Positions 12,701-25,734 are shown, counted from the stretch's first letter. The stretch: DNA of 64,000 nucleotides from Octopus sinensis (GCF_006345805.1 NC_042999.1:123194001-123258000); one strand, 5' to 3'. The notes: generated from the letters alone by a model not told the origin. Made by a program: numbers and translations.

Positions 12701-13695
12701 TCTTTTTTACTACTTCTAATATTTTTATGCTCTGCTTGCAGGAAATATTGCATTAACTCTCTAATAACCTTTTAGTTCTGTTTGTAATTCTAAAAAGCAT
12801 CTATTGAATAACATCTTTGCTCTCAGAAGCAACATTTGTATCAAAGCAAGAAAGTGCATTAATGAAACCCTTCCACAAAAGAGGGTGACTGCAAATTCTT
12901 CATAAATCTAAAGATATTTTGAACTTTGCATTAGAAAATTAAGTTTGTCAAAGCCTTCCTCAATGAAAAGTGAAGGAAAATTTTTGCTTAACACTAGAAT
13001 TCTTCTTACTAACCTAACACTATTTCTCTGAAAATCAAATTTCCATGCTGGGGGAAGAAATCTGTTAACATTTGATGACATTAGTAGTTTGTTAGTAAAA
13101 TTCTTCACTTTGACATTCAGAGCACTGGGCAGAATTCACATGTTTCTCTTTTATCAAATCTCAGCAGTGAAGCATACTTTGATCAGAGGACAAGAAATTT
13201 TTACAAAGATTTGAGCCATTATAATTTGCCTAAATATTATATTTCACAATGTGATAATTACTATTATTTAAATATTTGCAAATATTTTAGTCTCAAAATT
13301 TTAAAACAAATTTCAGTTCTCACTTATTTTCATCATCACCTTTTTCAGTGTTTCTCATAATTTGCTGACATACTATCCTATTCCAATGAAAGCATCATTT
13401 TAGTCATTTTAAATTGATATTCAGGAAGTTTCCAGCTGCTGATGGAAATTAAATGATTGATTTTTAAGGTTATCATAGAACATAGTCACAAAACTTTTTC
13501 ACTGCTTCTGTTGTGTCTCAGAATGAAAGTAGGTTAGAGACCCTTAAACTTTACATGTAGCTAGCTTCTATGTAATGCATTAACTAATATATAACTTCAT
13601 ATTGATGTACAATATGATTAATGCTCTGTAAAAAAGTAACTATATGGTTCTGAATATAGATATATGTCTTTTTTTCAGTCATTTAACTGCAGCCA

Positions 13696-13833
13696 TGCAT
13701 GGGATCAAGTGCACACAGTCTTTGGTCATATTCTCTTCTATTGGTGGTTTTACACTTTGCAAATATCTCCTTTAAGTAAAACCACCAATAGAAGAGAATA
13801 TGACCAAAGATTGTGTGTACTCCATCCCATGCA
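13696..13833 (+). repeat. Long hairpin: 58-bp arms, 22-nt loop
   Basis: 13696-13753 pairs with 13776-13833; 35-bp perfect core; on the + strand 2 G-U pairs and 2 mismatches. Confidence 0.95.
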
Positions 13834-13892
13834 ACTGTAATGTGCTAGAGGCAGATATTCCAGGCCAAGTACAGTTTTCATCATCAGATACT

Positions 13893-14231
13893 GAAAAAAT
13901 GCAATATTTATGGGACATTTTAAAATACAAATGTCTTATAATGTTGAAATTTACATAAATTTGTTCTAAAGTTTTAAGTTAACTAAATTCCTCTACTTTA
14001 TATTCTTTATGATATTTTAAGATGTTTCATTTTATATAGTGATATAATATATATGTACGTATCTCTGCTTGTGTATTTACTGTTCCTGTTTGTAGATCAT
14101 GAGTATTTAAGGAGATAAATTACTTTCTTCATTCACCTAAGAAGAAATTATATTGAAGAAACATATCTCACTACTTTCTAATTCCTTTATTGTATTGAAG
14201 ACCAACACTTTATCTTATTAAATGGATTGCC
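13893..14231 (+). repeat. Local direct duplication, copy 1 (partner 16433-16798)
   Basis: About 340 bp, roughly 90% identical by eye with two small indels; both copies end at ...TTATTAAATGGATTGCC. Confidence 0.95.
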
Positions 14232-14295
14232 AGTGTCCCTTCATGTTGGTCACAGCTTTGTAGTCTCTGTTGTAGCTGTCCATATCACATCTTAC

Positions 14296-14390
14296 AGCCT
14301 TTGTGGTGTTCACAGAGCTTTGAACATCAGTCTTGATATCAGCATTTTGATATCTGGTTTGAACCATCATCATACAGATAACCACTATTC
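14296..14390 (-). CDS. Candidate exon (IVVICMMMVQTRYQNADIKTDVQSSVNTTKA)
   Basis: Strong acceptor TCTTTTCGTCTCCTTATTTCAG, donor GTAAGA; single open frame. Confidence 0.35.
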
Positions 14391-15851
14391 CTGAAATAAG
14401 GAGACGAAAAGAATTATCAAATTTAGCTCAAATATCCAGTATGTGTGTACACAGACACACACACACATGCACACACACACATCATATCTTCATTCAATAA
14501 TCAATTGCATTGTAATTTTTGATAAAGTATCATTTCAGTGGGGGTTGGAAATTTTTGCTTCTTTCATCATTAAATCTGTGACTTTATGATGATACATTTT
14601 TAAAACAATTGGTATTATAGCTGATCATTTCTCATGTGTACAAACCAACTTTTAAATAAAATTTAGAATTTCTTGCATACAGTTACTATCCTCACTCAAA
14701 CTTAAGATTAGGTGTAGGTGGATTAAAACTGGCTTACTAGGTTGATAGTATTATTACTATTGCTAACTGCTATAAAGTCAAATAAAATTAGTGTTCTTAA
14801 TATATATTCAAGTAATACTTTATAAAGGTCATACTCTCTTTATCACTCCACAGGTTTTATTTTCAGTGGTGTGCTAACATGAACAGACTTGTTAATAAGT
14901 GATACTGCTATATATTATAGCTTATCTTGAAAACAGTATAAAATTATAAGTAGCATATAGTAGAAGAGATTTACAAAATAGATTGGAAAAAGTTTGTGGA
15001 AAAATGTCATTAATTATTATTTTTTGTTTTATTTTGTGCACATGTGTGTAGTTATCTGTTTGTCATCTATTTTTCTGTATTTATGTGGTTTGTACATATA
15101 TTCACCGCAGTTAATTTTTACGCACCTCAGTTTACCATCACAATATCTATGAAAACTAAATAGATTTAACTAGTAAACTGTAATTCCCCTAAAAGCACTT
15201 CCTCATCAAAGATATTCGACTATTTGAAAATATGTATTTGAAGTAGACAATATCATAAATTCATATCCACTTTTTTTTATCCCTTATTTAATATCCTCCT
15301 ATCTCTAAATTTTTATATCACATATTGAGCAAATTGTGCTTTATTTTCAATATAATTTTTATTTGTGTGGAATATTATTAGTTGTTAGTCCAAGAACTTA
15401 AAAAATTCCCTGCTGCCAGTGTATCCCTTTCAGAAAGAATTTATTGAAATTAATATGATTGATCATTTAGAATGCAAAATAAGCAAATAAACTATGCATA
15501 TCTGAATGGTTTTATTGAAATATGAACTCGTAACTTAATATCAAAACCATAGCACTTCTTAGACTAGAGAACAATATAAACTAGTTGTTTGGTGAGAAAA
15601 AAATCCATAATTATATGATCCAACCTGATTAATGTAGAGGGAAATTACCTGCAGGTTAAGTATGCTTTCTTGAGTCAGAACAATAAGGAATAACTGAAAG
15701 TGATATGGTTAATGTGGAGTTGAAGTTTGAAAAGTTAGTAGTGTGTTTAGCATGTGAGAAAAAACAGGATTTGCTTGGAAAATATTTTGAAGTTTTAAAC
15801 ATAATTTTGTTTGTTATAAAGTAAAATACAAAAATATTGATTTTACATTTT

Positions 15852-16045
15852 GGCACAAGACTAGCGATTTTGTGGGAGGGGATTTGGTTACATCAACCCT
15901 TGTGATCAACTGGTACTTATTTTATCAACCCTGAAAGGGAAAAAGTCAAAAGTGATCTCAACAAAATTTAAATTCAGAACAGAAAGAGGGATGAAATACT
16001 GCTAAGCATTTTGCCAAACCTGCAAATGATTATGCCACCTTGCCA
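15852..16045 (-). mobile_element. Degenerate SINE (20428 family)
   Basis: GGCACAAGACTAGC...ACTGGTACTTATTTTATCAACCCTGAAAGG...CTAAGCATTTTGCC. Confidence 0.85.
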
Positions 16046-16148
16046 CAGAAATATTAAAAAATAGCATTTATAGCTATGATAGGTAAACTATAGAAATGAA
16101 ATCAGTGAATGAGATATATCTTAAAATGATGCAGTTTATATTCTGCAG

Positions 16149-16223
16149 AGAATGTTGCTGCTTTTTATAGTACAGTTGTCCAAATCATTCGGCCAGAAAA
16201 ACACCAACAAAAGACATTAAACT
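16149..16223 (+). CDS. Candidate exon (NVAAFYSTVVQIIRPEKHQQKTLN)
   Basis: Acceptor TTTATATTCTGCAG, donor GTGAGT, 75 nt, phase 1->1; phase-compatible with a short terminal exon 16663-16685 (HEYLRR*) followed by ATTAAA at 16784. Confidence 0.35.
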
Positions 16224-16432
16224 GTGAGTGATGATGCTTCCACAGCAGCAATATTCGATTTTTTGTTAAAGAAAGAATATATACTAGCCAACATTCTGAT
16301 CATGTCTGTATAGTATGATAGACTGTATGATACATAAAGAACAGTACTGTACATACAGTTTTTGCTGCAAGAGAATTAATGTTCAAGTTTAACTAGCATG
16401 AAGTAAAATAATTTGACAATAAAACAGACACA

Positions 16433-16798
16433 GAAAAAATGCACTATTTATGCAATATTTTGGGGACATTTTAAAATACAAACGTCTTATAAATTCTTTG
16501 GAAATAATAGTTGAAATTTACATAAATTTGTCCTAAAGTTTCAAGTTAACTAAATTCCTCTACTTTACATTCTTTATGATATTTTAAGATGTTTCATTTT
16601 ATATAGTGATATAGTATATGTGTAAGTATCTCTGCTTGTGTATTTACTGTTCCTGTTTGTAGATCATGAGTATTTAAGGAGATAAATTACTTTCTTCATT
16701 CACCTAAGAAGAAATTATACTGAAGAAACATATCTCACTGCTTTCTAATTTCTTTATTGTATTGAAGACCAACGCTTTATCTTATTAAATGGATTGCC
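16433..16798 (+). repeat. Local direct duplication, copy 2
   Basis: Matches 13893-14231. Confidence 0.95.
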
Positions 16799-19700
16799 TA
16801 ATTTTAATTTGTATTCCTTTTTCATTTTTTTTAGGTAAGTTATGGTTCTTTCTGCTGACAAAAGGTGAGAAGTATTAAAAGTATAAACCTATATTGATTC
16901 ATCTCAAAGGTATTTTTGTTAAAATTTATACTTGTTCTTTGAAGCATTTCTTAACTTTATACAAAATACTTATCTGTGGCTGTTCTTCCTTTTCGTTTTC
17001 TTATTACTGAGAGCTTATTTATTTCCAAGAGACAAATCAGTACTTGTGATCGTTTTTCTACTTCCTTACTATTGTTTTTCTCCATAAGCATCTTAATGAA
17101 ATATAATAAATCAACTTGTTAAGCTGCCTACTATCAGACTGCTCAAGTACTTTCATCCAACTCTTGTGCTTGTATCATGACATCGAGTCTTAGTTAGATA
17201 TGTTATCTTTGATTTAGAGTCAAAAATAGTCAAATTAGATGTGAGCAATCTTATTTTTCATTCTTAGGTATCTGGTTAATACACTGGATACTGCAAAAAA
17301 AAAAAGAAAAGGAAAAAAAAAAGAAGTAAAAAAAATCTTAGTTTCAGTCTAGGTTTATATATTCTAGACTGCCCAGTATGTAATTCTAGTTTAGATATAA
17401 CTTTGTAGGAACTAATAAATCTAAAAACTAAAATTGTTGAATTTAATTTCAATATAGCTTGCACTTTGGTAAATATGCATATAAACTTGGTTATGTAGAT
17501 AAGTGTTTGATTATGTTTCTCTCTGTTCTATACATGTATGTACGTTAAACCAGAGCATGGACAAGAATAAGTCCAATGTATTTGGTGTGGAGACAAGAGT
17601 GTTCTTGGTGTTGTGTAATAGGTTTGGCCTTGTTTAAAACTCAGTAAGATTTCAGATAGCTTATTGGAATCAAACTTTTTGTTTGAACTCCGTACATTAT
17701 TGTAACTAAGAGAAGACAGTGATTAAAAATCTAATTGGCTCAGCCAGATCACTGAAGTGGTTGATATATGATTTATGTGACTTAATTTAGCTTTTGAGGT
17801 GGCCTAATGGACAAAATGGACCGAAGGAAGTAGAGGTAAACTGTTGTTTGGGTTGGTAGATGTATTGATTCTTCATATAGTTGATATATTATGCAATATT
17901 TATACCAGAAATGTGATGCTGTGTAGCAAAAACATGAAAAGTAAAATTAAGAGTTGCTGTGATTAAAGAGGAAGAAGCTGAGTGTAATCAGATGTCTGTG
18001 CAATATGAACCCAGTAAATGTAAGCTGAGAAAACAAGATGTCTGCTCTGTGATTGTATAATGTGAACGATTGAAACATAATAGTATTAAACCTATGAAGA
18101 TAATGATATGAACAATGATAGTGTTTGTGTTCATTTTCACATTCATATTAATTTTGCCTCTTTTTCTATTATAGTATTTAGATGCTCATGCAATTTTACC
18201 ATTTAAACTGAAACAACGGTTATAAGGGAGAAATAGTCCTGTAACATCATAATTTAACCTCATTTTATTATTTTATACCTCAAAAATCTACCACTCAGAC
18301 ATTATTTTATGTCAGGGGGGTAACTTGTTGCAGTGTTTTGTTACATCCCCTTGTATTCTGAGATCAATTTGTCTTTCATCCTTTCAGGGTTAAAGAACAG
18401 GATAGATTAAATTACTTACTTCTTCCACCAAATATATGGCTTTGTACCATTGTCATAAAGCTTCTTTTTTTTTTTAGAATGTCAAAAATATAATCTTACT
18501 TTGTTATTGATATTGTGAGTTCTCAGAAAGCAAAAGTCTCCAAATTAATTATAAACTCTTTATTTTCATTCTCTTGTTTATATTGTTTTTTTTTTGTCTA
18601 TGAATTCATCTACACTGGATTACATTTTGATTTAATTTGAAATACACTCTTGTTCACTCGTTGTTTACTTAGCTAAAACTTCTGGCAGTCATTTTTTTCA
18701 CAAACCATCTTGTACCTATTTAATTATGTAATTAATTTCAAAGTATTTGACTCTTATGTTTATAACATTTTCAAGAAACCAAAACATTTCAAATATACTT
18801 TAAGTATCTATTGTCAAATGCATGCTTACGTTACTAATACATGTATCTATACAACATTGGCTTTTACAAAGACTGCCAATAATGAACAAGATGGGCTTTT
18901 TGCCAAGGTAGTTATAACTACTTGTTTCCTTTTAGCCATTACTGCCAAACCTTTTAAAGAAGATAATTTGCTTGGTACACAATGCTTGATGCTGACATCA
19001 ATCAACAAATTTCCTAAACATACACCCTGGCTTCCATTAGTTTCCTCTCTTCTGTGCATAATTGGGAGCAATGTCTTCATCAATTGCATTCACTTCTTTA
19101 ACAATTGCTCTTCTTTCTTTAGCTTCCAGCTATTTATCTGTCTTATTATGGCTAAATTATCTACTTTTGAAGTGGCAAGTTTGTATCAGTATTAAGGCAA
19201 ATTGTTTAATAGTAAAATTTTTCAAGTTTTCCGTGAGAATATAATCTATCATGGCTATGAATTTTTGAGAGGGTTTTCTATATTTTGACTCTGCACACAT
19301 TTTTATCACCCAGACTGTGAATTTATAGTTAAACAACTGCATAGTAAATGAAAACACCAATCTATACTGTGTGTCAAGCTTCTAATGTAGTTTCTATTGA
19401 TTTTTCAGACTTTGTTAATTCCTTTATTGTTGATTGACTTTTGTTTCAGTTCTTTTCCAATATTATTTGTTACAATTTTCTATGTCATTTTATAGAATAT
19501 TCCAGATTAATTTTTTTTTTTTTTAAAAAAAGAGAAATTAAAAAAAAAAATAAAGCAAGAAATGTGCAGTGATTTCCTATTGATGAAAATATTTTTATCC
19601 TTTAACATTTTGTTTTGGAATCAAATCTATGATCTGAAAGTAATCTCAGGAGCTTATCAAAGAGAAAATCTTTTGTTATATTGAAGTAATCTAAACATTA

Positions 19701-20427
19701 TTTCTTTATTTATTACTCTTAGCTCAGTTTTGGCTAAAAAGATATCGAGCTTTTTTTTGTGTGTGTGTGTGTGTGTGCATGCTTACTAATATTCATCTTC
19801 CTATAGTTGTTTCTCTTTTACGTAGTTGTTTTGGTGAACAAACTAAATCAGTTTCAGTATTTATACTTTGTCTGGAATACAGACTGAATTACAAGTGTGT
19901 CTTCTACGGATTCTTCTTGCATTATTTTGCTACATAATTTACTTTAATGGCTTTAAGTTTAATTTCTATACATGTATTTTCTGAAACCGCTCACTTCATT
20001 TCAATTGGTCTTTTTTATTTACTCAAGGCTTATAACTTATGAAATTATCAAAAAACATGTAAATCATTATCAAATATTTATGAACTATTTTTGACCTACT
20101 ATATTGTTATGATGCTTCTGATCATATTTCTCATTGATTTAGATGTTATGATGGCTATAATTCTGTTAATTATTTTGATAATAGTTTGACCATTATGATA
20201 TATATATTTAATTTTACTAATAATTATGATTATTGTAGTAATTCTCCTTCGATTACTACCATAGTTTATATTCAAAATAGTTACTTCAAGTAACATAAAA
20301 TATTTTTAAGTATGTCTTTATTGTATTGTAAAATATATAATATTCATTGTCTTACATGATGTACAACTTCAGAAACAAGTATTTATTTCTCAAGAACTGT
20401 ACAGTAATTAGCTTTCAGACCTATTTC

Positions 20428-20633
20428 TAAACACAGAGGGGACAAACAAGGACAGACATAGGTATTAAGTCGATTACATCGACCCCAGTGCGTAACTGGT
20501 ACTTAATTTATCGACCCCGAAAGGATGAAAGGCAAAGTCGACCTCAGCGGAATTTGAACTCACAATGTAATGCAGACGAAATACCGCTAAGCATTTCGCC
20601 TGGCGTGCTAACGTTTCTGCCAGCTCACCGCCT
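20428..20633 (-). mobile_element. Young SINE with core GCCTTTCATCCTTTCGGGGTCGATAAATTAAGTACCAG
   Basis: CpG-intact copy of a family repeated more than 15 times in the window; GAGTTCAAATTCC B-box-like motif. Confidence 0.9.
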
Positions 20634-20865
20634 TTATTTCTAACCTCTTTGTTACCACATTTCCAATGACATACACTACCTTCATGTTTTGGTTGATTTT
20701 GAAAATAATCATTACTTACGATATATTTAGTAAAATAACCAATATTTTCATATATCGGTATATTTAGTTGGTATTTGGAACAACAAAGGATGTTGTGTAA
20801 AATTATATGAAATTTTCTTTCATTTACTTAGGAGCGCTTTAAGAGAGAGTGGTTTTGTATTGTAG

Positions 20866-20949
20866 GTGGTCTCCAGTTTGTTGATATTTAGGTTATGTTG
20901 GTTTGGAAATGAATGGCAACTCAGAAAGTTAGTGTTTGATAAGCAGATT
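20866..20949 (+). CDS. Candidate exon (VVSSLLIFRLCWFGNEWQLRKLVFDKQI)
   Basis: Acceptor TTTTGTATTGTAG (alternative at 20891), donor GTAAGT, 84 nt open. Confidence 0.3.
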
Positions 20950-23356
20950 GTAAGTAAGGCTTTCTGAAATAGATACAGTTTGTTTATTCTGGTATGGAAG
21001 AACATCTGCAACATTTGGATGCCTATAATAGGGATAAAATGAAGAAAAGGTCTGTAATTATGTAGGAACTTGTATTTGTTCAATATTCTTATATGCTATG
21101 ATAATAGAATGCATATATATGTTTTAGGCATTGGTATTAACATCCTTATCCATTAATTCACTGATGACTTATGACATTATTACTCTTTGTTTAGAAATAA
21201 AAGTTTTGAGTGAAAAAAAATACAAAAAACATCCTCATGCATGAACTGACAAAAGATGACTTCAGAAGTTCAGAAAACATTAATTACAATGAAGAAATAA
21301 TTATTCTTTGAATCTCATTTGGCTACTGACAAGGTAGAAATATATGCCAATAAGAATTCAATGACTTGTTAGGTATATATGTGTGTGTGCACTTATGGAT
21401 CAGCTTTTATTTGAAACAGTATTTATTACATAAACAAATGCATTTTCTATTTATAAGTTCGATTTTTCTTTTGTAGTTTTTGTTATGCATTTGCATACAG
21501 AATTGTAAAATTCACTTTCTTTCAATCCAAATAAAGTAGATTGATTAGAATATGTTTTCAATCAAATTAACCTAAAATATTCTAAAACCTTCATACTAGT
21601 TTTAAAAAATCCTATGAGAAATAATTAAAAAATTGTAAAAATGTGCATGAAAACAATCTTTCCAATTTAAAGTTTCTTACTAATTTGAAAAAGAAAATAA
21701 GTGTAAAACTGTAAAAAAATGTATTCTGATATTAAGTGCATTATGTATAAAAAAAAAATCAAGGATTATCTTAAAATTTAAAACAAAGAAATCTATAGAA
21801 ATTTGTAAGTTTATCACATTTTCTCTCACTCCCAGTTAAGTATCTTTATCATCATCATATTCCCATTCTTTTTTCCTGCTGGCATGAAAAAAATATCCTG
21901 AGTGGTATTCAAAGACACTTAGTTTATATAAAGATTTGGTTGAAGAGGAGATCTTTTCTCTAACCTATTTGAAAATAGTATGTACCACAGAACATTTTTG
22001 AAAATAGTAGGTGCCACAGAAAATAAGGTGGATATTTTTCTGACCGAGTAATTTAATCCATTGGCTGACACTGACTAATATATTACAGCAAATGGATTTT
22101 ATGACTTCCGTGTTCTTTGGATTCAGTAGGTAGCATAGAAAATCTAATTGAATTACTAATTAATTAATTGAATGACTTAGCAACTAATTGAAGTCCATTT
22201 TAGAAATTAAAACATCTCTAAATTGGCAATAATGTAATAATAATTTATCTGTTAAATGTTTACTTGGCACATCTCACAGAATGTTATTTCAAGACATAAT
22301 TTTTTTAAATTTTATTTTGTTGTTTATTTTTGTTTTACATGAAATTAGTAACTATTTTACACTTACTTTAAATTGGCTGCTGTATCTAATGAGACAAAAT
22401 TAACCCTTTTGATAATTATAATTTTCCACATTTTTTCTTTTTTTGATTAAATATTTTAAGTGAAGTGGGTTTTTTTTAAATAAGTAAATTTAATATGCAA
22501 CAGAAAATTAATAAGGAAGAAAATAAGCAATCAAATATTTGGAAAAGTGTGGCAAAGTCTCAGAGTAAAAGAAAAATGTTCTAGAAAATTTTAAAAGTTG
22601 AAAGCAGTTCATCATCATCATTATCACCATCACAACGTCTACAATAACAACATCAAATATAAAATAAAAACAGTAAATCTTATTTCTCTGAGAGCTAAAT
22701 AAAAATAAAATATAAAGTCATGTGGAATATCAAAAGCAGTCAACTTCCCTGGCAAATTAAATATTTTCAACTATAAACTATATGAAAAAATCTTAATGTT
22801 TCTTACAGAAATTAGAAGCTGGAAAAGTAAAAAAAAATATATTAGTAATAGTTAATATATTATATCCTTCCATATGTGTGCTGTTTTCATTCCTAATTAT
22901 ATTTTCCAAACATTTTCTTTTAATTTACTCATTTGATAAGATGATTTTCTCTAAAATTTAAGCATTTTTCATATCCATTTCATTACATGAATTTCTTGGA
23001 TTGTTATATTTTCACCTGTCTAATTGAGATATTTGTGCCTTTTCTGTGCATATTTTAGCTTTCTGATATTTTCGTACCTTGCATTTTCTCTTTTGTTAAT
23101 CAGTTTCATTTTTTTCTTTTTAAATTTCCCTAGTACAATATCGCAAGCTCTTTACAGCTTCCCATTACTTCTATTTTCATTACAATCTGGTTATACTTAA
23201 GGATTTTCTAATGTAGGTTTTCATCTCCTTTTCACTGCTCCTCATCATATACAAGCTGTTTAAAAACCTTTTTTTGTGTTTACTAATGTAACATATTTGT
23301 GATGAAATTTTGTTTGTGTAGTTCTTTAGATTTTTCTATTCAAGATTTTTCTATTG

Positions 23357-23547
23357 TGCGGGTGGCACGTAAAAAGCACCCACTACACTCACGGAGTGGT
23401 TGGCGTTAGGAAGGGCATCCAGCCGTAGAAACACTACCAGATCTGACTGGGCCTGATGAAGCCTTCCAGCTTCACAGACCCCAGTTGAACCGTCCAACCC
23501 ATGCTAGCATGGAAAATGGACGCTAAATGATGATGATGATGATGATG
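23357..23547 (+). mobile_element. RTE-tail repeat copy
   Basis: GGTGGCACGTAAAAAGCACCCACTACACTC...GGACGCTAAATGATGATG, near-identical to 57618-57809. Confidence 0.92.
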
Positions 23548-23690
23548 AAGACTTCTAGCTATTTTGACTTCTTATCCCTTTAAATTTAATAACACTATTC
23601 ATTCTTCTGGTATTGTTATTGTTAATAGCTGCATTCTTTCAGTTTCTGGTGTCGAAAATATCTGGCTTGTTGCTTTAATTATGTAGTATA

Positions 23691-25665
23691 AGGCAGCAAG
23701 CTAGAAGAATTGTTAGCATGCTGGGCAAAATGCTTAGCAGCATTTCATCCATCTTTATATTCTCAGTTCAAATTGCACTGAGGCCAACTTTGCCTTTCAT
23801 CTCTTCAGGATCAATAAAAAAGTACAAGTTGAGCACTGGGGTTGATGTAATCAATGTAACCCCTTCCCCCAAACTGCTGGCCTTGTGCCAAAATTTGAAA
23901 GCAATTTTATTTAGCAGTATTTTTAACATATCTATAGTTTAATCAGACTAAATTCAGAACAGTATGCAGTAATGTCGCCTCTGTTCTAAATTCAAATCCC
24001 ACTAGTGTTGGGCATTTTCAACCCCCTTTCATTTTCCAGTGTCGATAAAATAAAATTCTATTCAAGTACTGAGGTTAATTAAATCAATTACACCATCATT
24101 CAAAATGTGTATGGCCTTGTGCCAAAGTTAGAAATGAAGATATTTTTTCTTTGATGGCTCCATTAAGGGTTTTTTTCACGACATATATACTGGTTCTCCT
24201 TAGTTGTGAAGAGTTGTTTCAGAGTTTTATTTTTTGTTTGTTTTTTTTTCCTTTTTTTCTTTTATACTGGAATGTAGCTAATCTACTGCTTCTTGCTGAT
24301 CTTTGCTTTGTTCCTGTAATCTTTTATTTAATCTCTTTGTTTTATTAGCTTTGTTGACTGCTTTGAAGCTGGTTTAATGGTTGAATTTCTGACAACAGTA
24401 GGTTTTCTAATAAACTGTGTACTGGGCCTAAGTAAATATATTGATGGAACCCTGTGTGCCAATTCTTGTTATGCGTTTTCATTTAAATACTGCTGCTGCT
24501 ACTACTACCTCTAAAAACTCTACTTCTATTAATAATAATAACAACAACAATGATAATAGTAATTATGTAGGCGCAAGGCCAGCAATTCTAAAGGAAAGGG
24601 TTAGTTGATACCACCAGTTATGTTTTTGACTGCTTTTCTATCAAAAAAAAAAAAGATAGAAAGCAAAGCTAACTCTGGTAGAATTTGAACTCATGATGTA
24701 AAGTGACTGGACAAATGCTTGAAAGCATTAATAATAACAGTAATAATAATCATGGTTTCAAATTTTATCATGAGGGCAACATTTTTGCATGAGAGGTCGA
24801 GTCAATTATATCGATTCCAGTGTTCAACTGGTACTTAATTTCATCAACCCTGAAAGGATGAAAGCCAAAGTCAGCCTTTGAGGAATTTGAACTCAGATAG
24901 TAAAGACAGACAAAATACCATTAAGCATTTTGGCCAGCATGCTAACACTTCTGCCAGTTCACCAGCTTGATAATAATAATAATCCTTTCTACTTTAGTTT
25001 GGTTTGAAACTTTGGGGAAGGAAGCAAGTCAATTACATTGGCCCTGGTGCTCAACTGGTACTTATTTTATCAACCCCAAAAGGATGAAAAGCAAAATTGC
25101 CCTCAGAACATAAAGAACCAAAAGAAATGCCACAAAACATTTTGTCTGACACTAACAATTCTGCTAGCTTTCTGCCTTATAAATAAAATAATAATGATAA
25201 TAATGGCGATGATGGGTATTTGGACCTGTGCCACTTTGATGGTATGCATTGCTCTCTCTCTCAGTAACAGTAATAATAATAATAATTAATGATAATAGTA
25301 ATCCTTTCTACTAAAGGTACAAGACATGAAATTTGTGAGGAGGGGACTAGTTGATTATATTGATCCCAGTGTATCACTGGTAGTTAATTTATCAACCCCA
25401 AAAGGATGAAAGGCAAAGTCAAACTTGGCAGAATTGGAAGTCAGAGTTAATACCAACAACAACAATAATTAGTTCTGATTTATGTACAAGACCAGCAAGG
25501 ACTTAGTCACTATCATCTAATGGATACTTTGTTTTATTGAACCCTGTGAGATGAAAGGCAGTATTGACTCACATAGGATTTGAATTCAGAGCTTAGAGTC
25601 AGAATTAATACCTCAAGGCATTGTGTCCAATGCTCTAAAGATCCTGCCAGTTTGTTGCTTTATAA
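23691..25665. mobile_element. Cluster of at least 7 degenerate copies of the 20428 SINE family
   Basis: Plus copies 23691-23903 and 23945-24135; minus copies near 24565, 24750, 24985, 25300 and 25470; separated by (AAT)n. Confidence 0.85.
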
Positions 25666-25685
25666 TAATAACAATAAGTTTGCCT

Positions 25686-25721
<36 letters not shown>

Positions 25722-25734
25722 TGCCCTGGTGCAA

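Noticed and set aside
20099-20296. Possible mitochondrial insertion (hydrophobic frame if TGA=W)
   Set aside because: Degenerate ATT/ATG low-complexity sequence; no recognisable mitochondrial motif.
21965-22022. Short tandem repeats (2 x about 29 bp; also 9655-9740, and 60043/60549)
   Set aside because: Only two units and no unique spacers; ordinary slippage duplications, not CRISPR-like arrays.
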